Source of the DNA: Takakia lepidozioides
Lineage: Eukaryota; Plantae; Bryophyta
DNA length: 64,000 bases
Direction: 5' to 3'
NCBI GenBank assembly: GCA_030704615.1
Contig: CM060734.1
Span: 57,970,001 to 58,034,000, forward strand
Both the position numbers and the translations under genes were made by a program. The notes under the pieces were generated by a model. That model worked only from the letters and a program-made list of their open reading frames with translations, did no database searches and was not told the DNA's origin. This document shows, piece after piece, positions 1 through 11,934 of this stretch (positions are counted from its first letter, which is position 1; each line of letters begins with the position of its first letter).

Positions 1-52
1 GCAGGCACAGTATCAGAAAGTGGAGGAGAAACTACATGATGTGTGGCCCATG

Positions 53-2680
53 AAATTTGTGTGCGTCAACGCACACATTTTTGGGGGTCCAAAAAAAGTT
101 GACAAACACGCACCTAACGGAAAAACCCCTTAATAAACGTCAGAGGACCATTGAAGATAGAGGTTAGACAACAAGAACTCATAACATGAAAAAACAACCA
201 GATAGGCAGCGGGTCTCCAAGAAATGAACTTGCATTGAATGAGACATAGGGAAAACAGTCCAGAGATCCAACCCTCCAAAAATGCGTGCGGTGACGCACG
301 CAATTTTGGAGGGCCATAAAGGTAAAAGGTGAACCTGCTTAGTTCAAATGACCCACCTGTACAGGACCCTTTTCATGGCTCCCTCGGCTCCGAACTGCTG
401 CTCGAACTCTTTTATGCGGGATATGCCCCCCTCCCTGGCGAACTCTCTGTAGAACCTATTACTCCAGGCTATCGCCTTCCACTGTCTCAAGTAATCCTCC
501 AGAGTATCTTTGGGCAAGGTCATCGTCATCTTGTAAGCATTTAGCTGCTTCTCCAGCACCTGGTTTGCACGAGCTTCAATCTATCAAGAGACGCAATCCA
601 AAACGTTAGAGTCCATACCAGGGAAGATCCTTATGCAAATTCAAGAAAAGACAGTCCACAAGATTACCTGGCTCCAGTACGTGGCTTTGTGCAGCCATGT
701 ATCGTTGGGTCAGAATTCCAAATCTTCAACCATTTAACTTTCTGCACGGAATCCACCACTGCAGTTGACAAGCGATGAAGCTTTTCCTGTGTCATCTCTG
801 GCTTGGTATTGTTGTTCCAGTGGTTCCTCACCTCATTCAAGAATTGAGGCCCAAAGGCAGGGTCTGATATTTTCAGTTGTTTCACAAAGGCGCTCATGAT
901 CTTCTTCCGAGTCTCATTCATCTTTAACTTCATTGCTTCAGCCACTCCCTTCGATGTTCTCATCCCCTCGAGGGTTTTGAAGTAGTACTCTGCTTTAGCC
1001 CTCTCCCCAGCCTCCGTTATCTCTTGCTGCAAAAACCAATCAAAAATCAGATAACAGAATAATTTGAATTGTACTAGAAAATGGAAGTTCTTGGTGATGA
1101 TATACTGACCGTGTACATGTATTCCATGAATGCTCCCCATGTCAGCTTGTACCATGTGTCAGACGTTTTGGAGGTCTGGCATTTCGCGAAGGTTTCTGGG
1201 CTCAGGATGCTCTTGAATGTGTTGAGGGGCATTTGGCCAATATTCTGGATCCTGAACAGGGTGTGTACCAAGTTCGTTGTAGCATAGGCGGTTTCAGTTC
1301 CCCTGCCACAAGCAGTGGTATGTCATCACATGTCTGATATGATTCCCGGATACATACATGAGGGAAAGAATCAGGTTATTTCAGGAAAGACACTTACTTG
1401 TTTACGTCATGCATTGCTGTCAAGAGCGCAGTGATGTTTCCCTTGGGATCCAGCACCATGGATGCCACACAATAGTGCCACTCCTCCTCAGTGCTATGAT
1501 ACCTTGATATCATGTTCTGCCAGGCAAGCAATGCCATCCCAGACATGGAACATCTTGCCTGATAAAGGTTGTGTAACAAGCCTCTTGCAAATAATTGATT
1601 CAAACTCGTCGTTGATGCGTCGCCATATTGGATCCCAGCCTCCAACAATGGTCTTGTCCACCAAAACTTCCCTGCCGTTGGCGTCGCCCAATGAAACGTA
1701 AAACACAGATTGACCCTCTATGTACCCATGGCAAAAATCATGTACCAGTTTTGCAATGTCATTCATGAGGGCTGGTCGGACGAACGGCATGGAGATCAAC
1801 CTGCAGAGTGGGATCATTAATTTCCCCCCAGGAACGCCCATGGCCTTGATGACTTGGGCTGAGTTCACTTTCGAGAAGGACAACAGATCTTTTGCCCTGT
1901 CTTGGTATGGCCTGCCATCGTCTTCCTCCTCAACAACAACAAGTTCGTGGTCTTCGTCTTCATCCTGCTCCAGAGGAACACCTCTCCTTTTCTTCGCCTG
2001 CATTCAAAAAGAAAAATGTAAAAGCAATGTCACATATTGAGTGCGTTGATGCACGCATTTCTGAAGCCTCTACAGACTGTGCATCCTCTCTTCAAGTTGA
2101 AGATATGCATGTGCATTGATCTCGGAAATGAGAGACCCATACTCCAGAGAATGTCCTTCAGAACAACCCCAGAAATTGCGTGCGTCAACGCACGCAATTT
2201 CGGTGGGTGCTCTGAAGTGTCACTCGTGGATTTAAGACAATCATTTTGTGCTCACAAAATCGTGGCATTCAGATCTGTTTAGAGCTCTGGATGTCCATCA
2301 CAGCACCCTCTGAAATTGAGTGCGTTGACGCACGCAATTTCTGGGGGTCTCTTAGGGACATATAGAGCTTGCTGTAGCGGATATCATGCAGCCCACTTCC
2401 CTCTGTTCATGGCTGCAGTTAGAGATGCTCAGTGCAAAACATGGCTTTCAGAGCACCTCCAAAAATTGCGTGCGTTGACGCACACAATTTTTTGGAGGTG
2501 CTCCGAAGGTCCTGCTCCAAACACAGCCTACCTTCCATGTTCAGTGAACAAAAGAAAGGAGTAAAGGAAAAACACTCACGTAACTATCAGAACACTCACC
2601 TTGATCTACTTCACTCAACTCTGAAGAGGAAAAGACATGAATGCAGGGCATGAGATTGCGTGCGTCAGCGCACGCAATTT
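53..2680. repeat. Seven copies of a ~28-bp palindrome, consensus AAATTGCGTGCGTnnACGCACGCAATTT
   Basis: Copies at about 53-80, 272-313, 2036-2060, 2173-2200, 2313-2340, 2451-2503 and 2655-2680. Some extend into longer hairpins, e.g. gagcacctccaaaaattgcgtgcgttgacgcacacaattttttggaggtgctc at 2451-2503. Confidence 0.9.
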
Positions 2681-2960
2681 CCATGCCCTTCAATCTGCAC
2701 CAAAAGAGAGGAAGGAAGATCATCACCTGTGGTACTTTTGGGGGAGCACTCCCTGATGCCTTAGATGCAGCGGCACTATCCGTCTGCGCAGCCTGCTTCC
2801 TCTTCGGCATTGCCTCCTTCTCAAAAACACTCTTCCCCTTTGGCGTGGGTTCCTTGGCAACAATGTCGGGCTCCTCTGTGTCCATATGCTCTGTGTCGCT
2901 CTCTGATGGTGTTTCATCCCCTCCTTGGGCAGCCCCGACCGCCTGGTCCTGCACAGTCAT
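344..2960 (-). pseudogene. Multi-exon, frameshifted gene with a ParB/Srx-like N-terminal domain; probable second gene of the Mutator-like element. It may continue past the window start.
   Basis: Coding-like ORF pieces 2541-2960, 1494-2003, 1394-1648, 1074-1271, 664-1155 and 344-559 are separated by GT-AG introns. Reading PLCRLISMPFVRPA...FHVWDG, a frame switch near 1530 continues as LLAWQNM, consistent with a deleted DG(NHR) ParB-type motif. The family call is from motif memory. Confidence 0.5.
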
Positions 2961-3349
2961 TTGTTATGTTTCCAGGGCCGAACTCTCCTCTATTATCTCT
3001 TGAAGCGTCAAATCCAGCTTGCGGCCTCTCATTCTCTCTCTAGCCTTCTTCCTCTCTCACGCTGAGGTGAAAAAAAAAGACTGCCTTCTACATCTACCAC
3101 TCTCTCTGTGGGAAACTCGGTCTCCTGCTAGTCTCCAGCTTGAAAATGAGGATGTGCTGGGCCCAGAGACGTTGTGCGTGGGGATGCCGGCAAGGCAACG
3201 CTCGCGACGGTTATGCATGGGTTCACCTCACACGTGTCCACGTAGCACGGGAACATTTGTGCATTTGGCACTGGCCGCCGTTACCTCTTGTGTCCGTATG
3301 GCCATACCCTGGATTCGATGTCCATACATGTGCAAGTTGATTTTGCACA

Positions 3350-5201
3350 TTGCGGCGGTTCAGAACTTCTCATTGGTTCTGCACCCATTCTGGCAGCTGT
3401 GCTATGAATGCAATGTCTGAGCAGTTGAAGGTTCACAACCAGTGCGAGTGGGAGGGTGTTGCCGAAAATCCATTCAAACCTGGTGAAGCACCTCCAAGCT
3501 CCAACACTTTCGTTTGCAAGTTCTGCAAACAAGCGCCTTCCTGTTTGGCAGTGTGTGCAGCACGTAAGTACTATGTTGTTCACCATTTGAAAAACATGAC
3601 TAGAGCCTGTGTACATTTCGGATTCCACAACCATTTTGTGGCGAAGGGGGATTGCAGGGAGAGTGTTCAAACAGTATCGAAGTTGATAAGACAGGAGTAC
3701 GAGAGCAATCCAACAGCCACCACCTCCGCAATTGTGCTTGGAGCAAGCAAGAGTTTCCTGGAAAGCAATGACAACGGTACCTGAATTTCAGATCATGAAT
3801 TCTCATTGGCTTTGTATGCATTTCCAATCATGTCTGCTGTCGTGGGGTGCACCTGTTTATTCTGATGTGTGTTTTCCCTTTCTGTAGCACTTGTCAATTA
3901 CGGAGATGACGGACATGCCCTCTTGCAATCTAGCGGAGACAGTGCACAATGCATGGTTGCAGTAGTCTGGAAAGCGGGGGTGGGATTTGTATCTGGCGAC
4001 GGCAAATGATCTCATCCGAACTCTGCAGCAACAAACGAGATATCGCGATTTCTTGAGGGGTGGCGTTGGTGGCAAAGGCCCTGACAAGTCTGAGTTGATG
4101 TTGCGAGTTGCAAAAAGATCGGGGGATCCAAACAAGATTGCCAGAGCTGTCAGCATATGTGCGGAGGGAACTCCTCTGGTGTCCAGAGTTCCCCATCTGG
4201 AGGGCGAGGAGAGATTCGGGTCCTGTAAACGGAAACTAAACATCCCTCCTGGGTCGGATGCAGACTCGCACAGGGCGGACATGGACAACTTCTACATTCC
4301 GCGTGTTCCATTGCATGAGAGGTTCCTCTCTGTAATATCCAGTGCGGAGCAACATTTCTCACAAAGTACGCCAGCATCTCCCACTGTCAATGAGTCCAGC
4401 GTGCTCTCGCTTGTGGTGGAGTCCACCTGCTCCGACGAAGTGTGGCACATAGAACTCACCAGAGCTGGGTCTCGAGTGAAGTGCTCCACAATCAGAGCCA
4501 CCAATCGTGAGAAGTGCAAGTCCTTCATATCCAGAGGCAGTGCCTACACTCCGGCACCAACCTTCACCGGTTTGTTCCAGCCTTACGGGCAGTCAAAGGC
4601 AAAAAACCACAAATTTTGGTTCTGCGCTGACGACTGTGGTAGGTGCGTGCATGGGACCGTGCGACCATCAGTGGTCATGAAGCCTCCTCCACCGAGCGTT
4701 TGGTCTGTCAAGGTCGGGACACATCTCACAAGTCAAGAGATTGCAATGTTAGAGGAGGTAGGGTTCTCCCTTCAGCGAGAAGCCTCTGTGCCCACTTCAG
4801 GAAGTTCTAGAGTGCCACCAGCCAACCCAGATGCATGGCCAACAAAAAGAAATGGGAAGGTAGTACGTCGTTTCCCTCCAACTGCCGAGCACTTTGGCAC
4901 TACGGAAGTTGCAGATCTCGGGTATGGTCGGATCTACACTATGATGACCTCTACATCTGTTATCCATGACAGATTCTACGACATCACAGTTTCAAATTTC
5001 CCCAACTGCACCTGTCCTGATTTTGTTGGCATGCTTTCAACAAGTTTGGGAAAGAGAGGCAAATTTGTACCCTGCAAGCATCTTTATTTTATCTTCCTGA
5101 ACAGAATGATTTGTGAACCCAAACGCGACATCTTCATTCACCAGGCCACCATGAGTTTCAACGAGGTGAATACACTTATGCAGCGGGATAGAAGCACATA
5201 G
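3350..5201 (+). pseudogene. Mutator-like (MULE) transposase remnant: GCM/WRKY-like Zn finger, catalytic-E motif region and C-terminal SWIM finger
   Basis: 3350-3784 encodes CKFC...CAARKYY...RACVHFGFHNH. Near 3920-3965 it reads SCNLAETVHNAWLQ* (MULE-like NxxExxH motif, then an in-frame TAG). ORF 3987-5201 ends in SWIM CTCPDF...PCKHLYF. The central DD region appears absent. Confidence 0.6.
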
Positions 5202-5389
5202 GAAGAAGCTGACTTTCGTCCAATGCAATTTCGGAATGTGTGCCATTTTAATAGTGTGATTAATGCAAAATAGATGGGATGGATAAGCATGCGTCGACAT
5301 GTTTCCGGTTTCCCATTTCCGGTGTTTTCGTATTCTATTTACTCTGAATGAATGCACGGCAATAGGTCCCTCGGCTATAGACGCTACAT

Positions 5390-5580
5390 GTTTTTGTTGA
5401 CATGGCGTCCGCCACGTTGGCCGAAACTCACGTGGACATGTTGACTGCCACATCATGTTGTTCACTGCCATGTCAGCACGCTCATGTCACGTCACCCTCA
5501 CGCTCACGCCACATCAGCTGCTGGTCCCCTACATTCGCGCCATGTCAGCATAGCGTGAGCGCACGCTCACGCGGTAGCGT
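5390..5580. repeat. GC-rich palindromic subterminal region, likely the right end of the DNA transposon
   Basis: Repeated tgacatggc/gccatgtca and gccac motifs, plus the hairpin gcgtgagcg-ca-cgctcacgc near 5553-5572. Confidence 0.45.
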
Positions 5581-5599
5581 CGTTGCCAAAATTGCATGG

Positions 5600-6016
5600 A
5601 TGGACATATTTCCAAGAGTATGATTGGATTTCTCTAGAGATGACCGTCATTGCAATTCAAACAAGCTGTAATGGTCGCTCTCATGGTCGACTAGCACAAA
5701 CAGAATTTGTAGATATTTCACAAAGTTGCATCAAGTTGCTCTATGAAGCAAATACTGGAGTAACTAATTGATCTAGATTCAAGGAATTCCGTCCGTGGCT
5801 CATTGCCAAGGATGAAGCTTTATCAGCTCCACCATAACGTAGCCTCCTAATATGTTGGTGCATGGACAACCAAGTTGTAGCTGAGTGGTAATGGGCACAT
5901 AACCACCTTGGAAGTGGTTGTGGGTTCAATCCACCGATTGGTGTCAGAAATCTGTCCACCTAGCCCTTCGGAGTTAAAAGACACCACAATTTACGCTTCC
6001 TTCAGGAGGCGTCACA
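5600..6016 (+). mobile_element. tRNA-derived SINE with ~265-bp 5' extension
   Basis: A-box tagctgagtgg at 5878-5888 and B-box ggttcaatcc at 5923-5932. Segment 5600-5932 recurs inverted at 41347-41684. The tail agacacca..ttacgct..ttcaggaggcgtc is shared with 22523-22600. Confidence 0.7.
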
Positions 6017-7303
6017 TATGTATATACATATGTTGAATAGGGCCCATCCCCGAAAGGGGGCAGTAGCCGCTCTTAGTTACACCGGTTTCGCGGGCCGGAA
6101 TCTTCTCTCTCTACATATGTTGTTGCATGAGGGTGGGAAGACTCTTGCATGATCATCGTGAAGTTCCCTCGTACTAAGCCATTCCTCTTCATCTAATGAG
6201 TGATACATTTATAGATATCGACATTTGTAACTATGGATATTAAATATTACGACTTGACTATGACATGTAATTTCTGGAATTTTGTTCAAATGTCTTAAAA
6301 TATAGGTCAAATTCGATATATTTTATTATAGCAATAGTTTATTTTAAAGGATACCAAATTAAAAGTTCGTAATTATCTTCTTTCTCCTAGAAGAGGTGGC
6401 AATCTTCTAGAACTTTGAAAAAAACATTGGGATCATCTTGGACCATAGAACATAAGATTAACTGAGGAGATATACCCCAAAAAAATGCATTAACTGGTGA
6501 AGGTATATTGTGATTAAACATGGTTTTGGTACCAATCTCTGGGGGGACTCAACCAACAAAACCATATCAAAGGCAATGAGATGTAGACCTCGAGAATATC
6601 ATTCAGATAACAAAAAATAAAATAAAAACAAGCATATTTCTTTAGTAAATGATTCCCTATAATTCCTAATTCTATCTGAACACAACTCCGAACATAAAAT
6701 ATCATCAAGAAATATTTAACATTGAATTAGTCCTAATCATTTCAAAGAGTTTAAAAAATAAGCGGCTAGTCGCGTATGGCTCCTCTTTGTGAATAACGAA
6801 ATCTACTTTCATCCATAACAAGGAGTGACATACCCTTAGGCCCTGCCATTTACATATATAAAATATTAATTTAAAATCTGTATATTACAACTGATTGGAA
6901 GGAGTGATCATCATCGTTTTGTTACTACGAACCGTCAGATGCGGCCACCTCGAATGTATCGGTGGACGGTGGATCGTTGCATGCAGACGCTCGTTTCCCA
7001 GAGTTTGAATTAGGGCAGAACAAGTAGAACAATTTCACAGTCTCCAATTTTTTTTTGAGTTTGTTACACAATACCTTTGTCATGCTCAACGATGTAATCC
7101 AACACTTCTTGTGCTAGAGCCAAATGGTTTGTAGAGGCTACACTTAAATAACCGTCTACAAAGTCACCCCAAAACTCCATTCCCGGTCGAGGAGAATATT
7201 ACGGATTATTTTTCGCAAAAGCTCTAGAGATTCACTTAACAATGCCATAGTGAGAAGTCATCTTGTCGAAGTCCAAAACAAAGTATTGTAGTTCATGTTC
7301 ATA

Positions 7304-7406
7304 AGCTGAAAGGTGGACACCTTCATGACACACCAGACTGTGGTTTGAACCCACAACCACATCCAACGTGGTATGTGCCCATTACCACTTGGCTACATGC
7401 TGGTTG
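7304..7406 (-). mobile_element. tRNA-derived SINE head (same family)
   Basis: Reverse complement reads caaccagcatgtagccaagtggtaatgggcacatacc...gtgggttcaaacc...ggtgtccacctttcagct. Confidence 0.7.
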
Positions 7407-8033
7407 TCTCCTCTTTAGAAGAAGAGACTACGCATCAGTGTCAAAAATCGCTAAGCCCTTGTTTTGCATTCCCCAAGTGTCACCTCTTCTCCTATGTTGA
7501 AAACTACTTCATGAGAGTGCCTCGAGGTAACACCTCCTCAGGTAATATCTCTCTTATTGAACAATTTATGAAGAATAAATGGATGAAATTTTATTGGCCT
7601 TGCCTTTAGGAGGGACTACGGATTCACTTGCATGCAATGACCTTTAGACCTTATAAATTGAGTGGGTCCCATCTGGGCACAGGTTCGTTGTGTTCTTTAT
7701 GTGTTCCAATTATGGATGAATGTAAATATTATGAGATGAATTTTGTCCGATGGATCCCACTTTTATTGTGGATGGAAGTAAGGTTTATGTGGCGTTACAT
7801 TAATTTAAAACACGTGACGTGGCCTAATGCATAGGGTCAATCTATTCGTCAAAAATGCAGATGGATGAAGTTAAGCATCGTGCATGGCATTCAATCCTCA
7901 TAGATGAAATCCGGTCATAGGGTTGCAATTGACTTATAATACAAAATTTAAACCTGTATTAATGTGCCTCTAGGGCATTGGTTATTTTTATGAAGTTTAA
8001 GATATATTATATACCAAAAAGGTTCATAGGATG

Positions 8034-8382
8034 TGTCAAGTTAAATAAGCACAGTGTGAAAACAGCTAGCATAAAACTAGTTATTTGTATTTAACACTTG
8101 GATTTAGGTCAAGTGTTAAATCAGGTGTCAAGTTTAGTTTGACACCTGGTCCGTCTTATCTTCACGAGAGCGGCAGTCGCGCGGCTCATCTCTCTCGAGT
8201 TGAGCCTGCGCGACCGAGCTCCTGCATCGTTTAGGATTGAGAGTGCTTATGATGGGAGTGTAGGTTGTTGTGGGGTGGAGTCCCCATAGCTTGGGGTGCC
8301 CCTGGCTCGACTACTATTTCAAAGAGTGATGGTTTTGGTTTTCATGTTTTGTGTCAACAGTGTGTTCTTTGGTTTTCTATCA
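8034..8382 (+). repeat. Terminal repeat A1 (349 bp)
   Basis: tgtcaagttaaat...ggttttctatca, identical by eye to 19598-19946. Confidence 0.95.
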
Positions 8383-8398
8383 CTCGAGAGAGATGAGC
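8382..8398 (+). promoter_or_regulatory. Self-priming primer-binding site
   Basis: actcgagagagatgagc is the exact 17-nt reverse complement of 8184-8200 inside repeat A. There is no TGG tRNA-type PBS. Confidence 0.8.
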
Positions 8399-10581
8399 TC
8401 TATCTAGTTTTCCAGTGCTAAGCTAGATATGATGTTTTTGTTTTTTTTTAAAGCACTATTATAATATAGATGGTCATGGTCTTGTACACAGCTCAAGCAA
8501 TGAGCATAGAACGGCGCTAGCTGGAGTTCGTCTCACATCCTCAGTCGCAATGGTGGGACTCGGGGGGTATAGATAGAGTGGTTGAAGCACGGCAGCAGCT
8601 CCTGACCCTCTGTTTGCCAACTTTGAAAATCTCGAGGCTGAGCATAAAGCCCTGGCCCTGTTGGGGTCTAACTTTTGGGCTGCTTGCCACTTTCAAGCTT
8701 CTTCACACTGCAGCATGCGCGTATGGAGACGACGCAATCCTCTGATAACTGAAGGTGCCAGGCGGCTGTTGCTGCACCGACGTGTTAATCAAATCCCGAA
8801 CTGTTGCGCGAGGGGATTCGCTCCGAAGTCTTGCAGGGTGTGCCCGAGCAGGCATGTGTGGATGAGCAGTGTCTACTTAGGAAATAGACTGTAGACCAGC
8901 CAGCACCAGTTGTCTTGTTCATACCACGCAAGTGAGATGGCGGACGGGAGGAAGCTCATGCGAAGCCTCTCTTGTGTGACCGGGGCGTGTGTACGACGGG
9001 GAAGCGTGAGAAGATGCACTGATGAGCGGGTTTTGTAGAGGGAAATTTCCGTGTTTGACTGCGCAAAGGCAGTGGCTGTGGATGTCGGAGCGATGGTATC
9101 GGAGTACGCTGGAGAGATAAGAGTCTCCGTGTTGCTGAAGGCGGAACTCATGCCCAGTGCTGAGTACAGTTGTTGTGGCATCTAGTGTCCGTCCTTATGC
9201 TACGTTGCAGAAGACCTGGTGTTGGCGAATGGGTGGCAGGGTCGCTTCTCTAGGAAGAACGTCACGGGCTTGAGTTTTTCGCCTGTTAGTCCGTTCTCTC
9301 TTAAAGAGTCTGCAGTGTGCAGTTGGTTGCTTCCCCGTGCGTAAAAAACCGTGTAGGCTAATGCACAGAAGGAGAGAAGACATACATACTGGGGGACAGT
9401 TCTTCCGGGAGCTAAGGTGGGGAGAGATGGAAGAGAGAGGACATTAAATGGGCAATACTTGTATTGGTGCAGCAAGTAAGACGGCTTCTTCCAAGGCTTC
9501 TCACGGACCAATTCCTTTTCTTCGACAGCCACATGCAACAGTCAGCTCACGTCCACCTCCCAGGCGGAATTCCGTCACGACCGCACCAGCAACCCGATCA
9601 GTAGTCAAGGCTCCCCAAAGCGAGACCTTGAGCATCACACTACCCAGAAAACACCCCCATTACTAACCACATTCAGCCTGTTGGGGCTGTCCATAACTAC
9701 GAGCAGTTCAAAGAGGTGATTGAAGCCATGAAGAAAGGTGGGGAGGTGAAGGTGACACCCCAGGGCAAAGCCTGACTGCCGCAGTGCTTCAGCGGCAGAC
9801 GGAGAATCTTAGGGACTTCTACATTCTTGGGAGGGTAGTCAAATGTCAGGCAGAAACACAGTGACAGGTGCAGGCAGCTGTGGGAAAGGCCAAGCAAGAG
9901 CAGTCCAGGGGAGGATTGACGAGGTCACCAGATCTTAGGCCATTTGCTGGAAGGGAGGGGCGCTTTCTGACAGTGTCAACCTCCCAGGCTGGCGATCCTC
10001 AGGTTTTGGAGGATTGAACCTCAAGGTCGTGTTTGTTGCAGGAAAGCATGAGAGTGGGAGACTGTGAACTCACCAGGTGACACTTGGTGTATGAGCGGGA
10101 TATGAGCTGAAGGGATCGACTCAACGTTGCCATCGGTGTAACAAATGCGCATTGGCGTACCTGCATCCTGAGTGCCCGGAGCACAGGGTGTACTAATCTG
10201 AAGCCTTCTCACGTTCTCCTTGACAGAAAGGCCAAGACCTGCATCACCGACCTTCACATCCCACGCACTGCTACAGCATAAGAGCACAGAACGAGAGGAG
10301 GGGTGAATCCAGACTGTGAGAATTACATGAACATGTTTGGGAACCCGAAGATAACCAGGGAACAGGGAACCAAGACAAATATTAAAAAAAAAAAATCTTT
10401 GTATTTGTTTGGTCTTTTGATCTAATTTAAAGGATTTAGAGCCAAATTGGTCATATCTTTGTCAAATGGACTCTGTTTGACTCAGTTTTTGGGGGGATAG
10501 CTGCAGAAAGGGGAAATCTACCTATCTAAACCTGGTTTCTGTTTTGGGGACTCTGCTAAAAATCTATGGAATTTTTAGAGT

Positions 10582-11418
10582 GTGAGTGTGCCACGAAATA
10601 CCCACAATCCTGTTTCTAGAACCTGTGCTGGCCTCTATGAGAGACAAACCTGTGGATGTACTCCCTGTATGGCTGGGGGAAATGAGGACGTAATTGAAGG
10701 GCAAGTCTCGTCTCTTAGCCTGTGCACACAAGGGGACAGGATCTATGTTTCCCAAGGAACTCAGACTGATTTGAGTGGAGAACAGTTGGACGAATTGATT
10801 GCATACTGGGAGTCAGGCATTAGCAGTAGACAACAGACTGCTGTAGTTGGCGTTGAGGGCCTCAATATCGCCTTGGACAGTCAGAACTCTGTTGGAGCCA
10901 GCAGTTCTGCAGCTGTAGGTGAAATACCAAAGTGGGTGAAAGCTAGGCTTGGAACACAGCCAAAGACAGCTCCGGGGACCAAGGTGTTCAGCCACAAGGC
11001 CGTGGTGTACTGGAGCAGAGGAGCAGGAGCTACACAAGTTTGTGCAATCAGATATGGTTGCAGCCGGATACGCTCTGCACAGGGCAACCACGAGCGGGGG
11101 TTCATCAGCAATGACATGTTTATTGTGCGTGAAGGAGATGCAGTCATTCGCAATGAGGACACCCGCAACCGTCTCAAAGCTTTCGAGTTGAGAGACTATC
11201 AGACCCTACCTTTGTTTTCTTTAGTGTTCAGTGAGCGGGAGATAGGGGAGTATTGCTTTGTCTCTACCTGGCAGAAAGAGGAGGAGGGTTGGTTAGAGCG
11301 AGCTACTGTAGCTTGGGACAAGGTTAGTGGCAGGTTTCTGGACATAGATATACCTCCTACACCTTACCATCATGCAGAGCGAGGCACTTTGAGAGAAGTC
11401 TGGCAGTTGATAGCATAG
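10582..11418 (+). CDS. Extra ORF (278 aa) of unknown function upstream of gag inside the retrotransposon
   Basis: Uninterrupted 837-bp frame with a Cys cluster (CAG...TCGCTPC) and globular-looking composition. No motif recognised. The start may be the ATG near 10669. Confidence 0.55.
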   Translation: MSVPRNTHNPVSRTCAGLYERQTCGCTPCMAGGNEDVIEGQVSSLSLCTQGDRIYVSQGTQTDLSGEQLDELIAYWESGISSRQQTAVVGVEGLNIALDSQNSVGASSSAAVGEIPKWVKARLGTQPKTAPGTKVFSHKAVVYWSRGAGATQVCAIRYGCSRIRSAQGNHERGFISNDMFIVREGDAVIRNEDTRNRLKAFELRDYQTLPLFSLVFSEREIGEYCFVSTWQKEEEGWLERATVAWDKVSGRFLDIDIPPTPYHHAERGTLREVWQLIA

Positions 11419-11934
11419 ATCAGGATTAGATCTTGCTTGGTCGGGCTTCTATTCTTCCCCTCCATCTCTGTACTATTTTCATTCTTGTACTCGTAGTTGC
11501 CAAAGCCTCTCTTGGTGGAGGCCAGTCAGTCCGGGGTTTTGGGCTGGGATATTCTGCAGGATCAGCATTGCAGCTGGATTTTGGTGTGGGGGTGTTGATG
11601 TTTTGATTTCTTGTGTTTGGATCCCCCCCAACACCTGCATGCTTGACTGTGCGCCATGTTGGTTTTGTGTGGGCGCTTGCTTTCATAGGGATTAGGCCGG
11701 ATTTGATCACCGGTCAATCCTAGAGTATGTTGTGGTGGTGAGGCTGGAGTGATGACCAGCAAGACCACCAGTGTTTCTTCTATGGTGAGGCTGGGTTGAT
11801 GACCAGCCAACCATAGGAGTTCTTGCGGTGGATGCAGGTGCAGGTGCCCTGAGCCATTGGGATATGACCCTTAGACTGCAACAGGTGCCCACCCGTGTCA
11901 CTATTAGATTAGTACTAGAGCCTTATATTGTCAC

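Noticed and set aside
2036-2680. CRISPR-like array (palindromic repeats with unique spacers)
   Set aside because: Eukaryotic context, spacers over 100 bp and irregular, degenerate repeats in both orientations, and no cas genes.
5867-5940. Functional tRNA gene
   Set aside because: A and B boxes are present but there is no convincing cloverleaf, and it continues into a body shared by dispersed copies, so it is a SINE.
6040-6100. Structured ncRNA or ribozyme (ccccgaaagggg and ccgg..ccgg hairpins)
   Set aside because: Only two short stems, no catalytic core motif and no second copy in the window.
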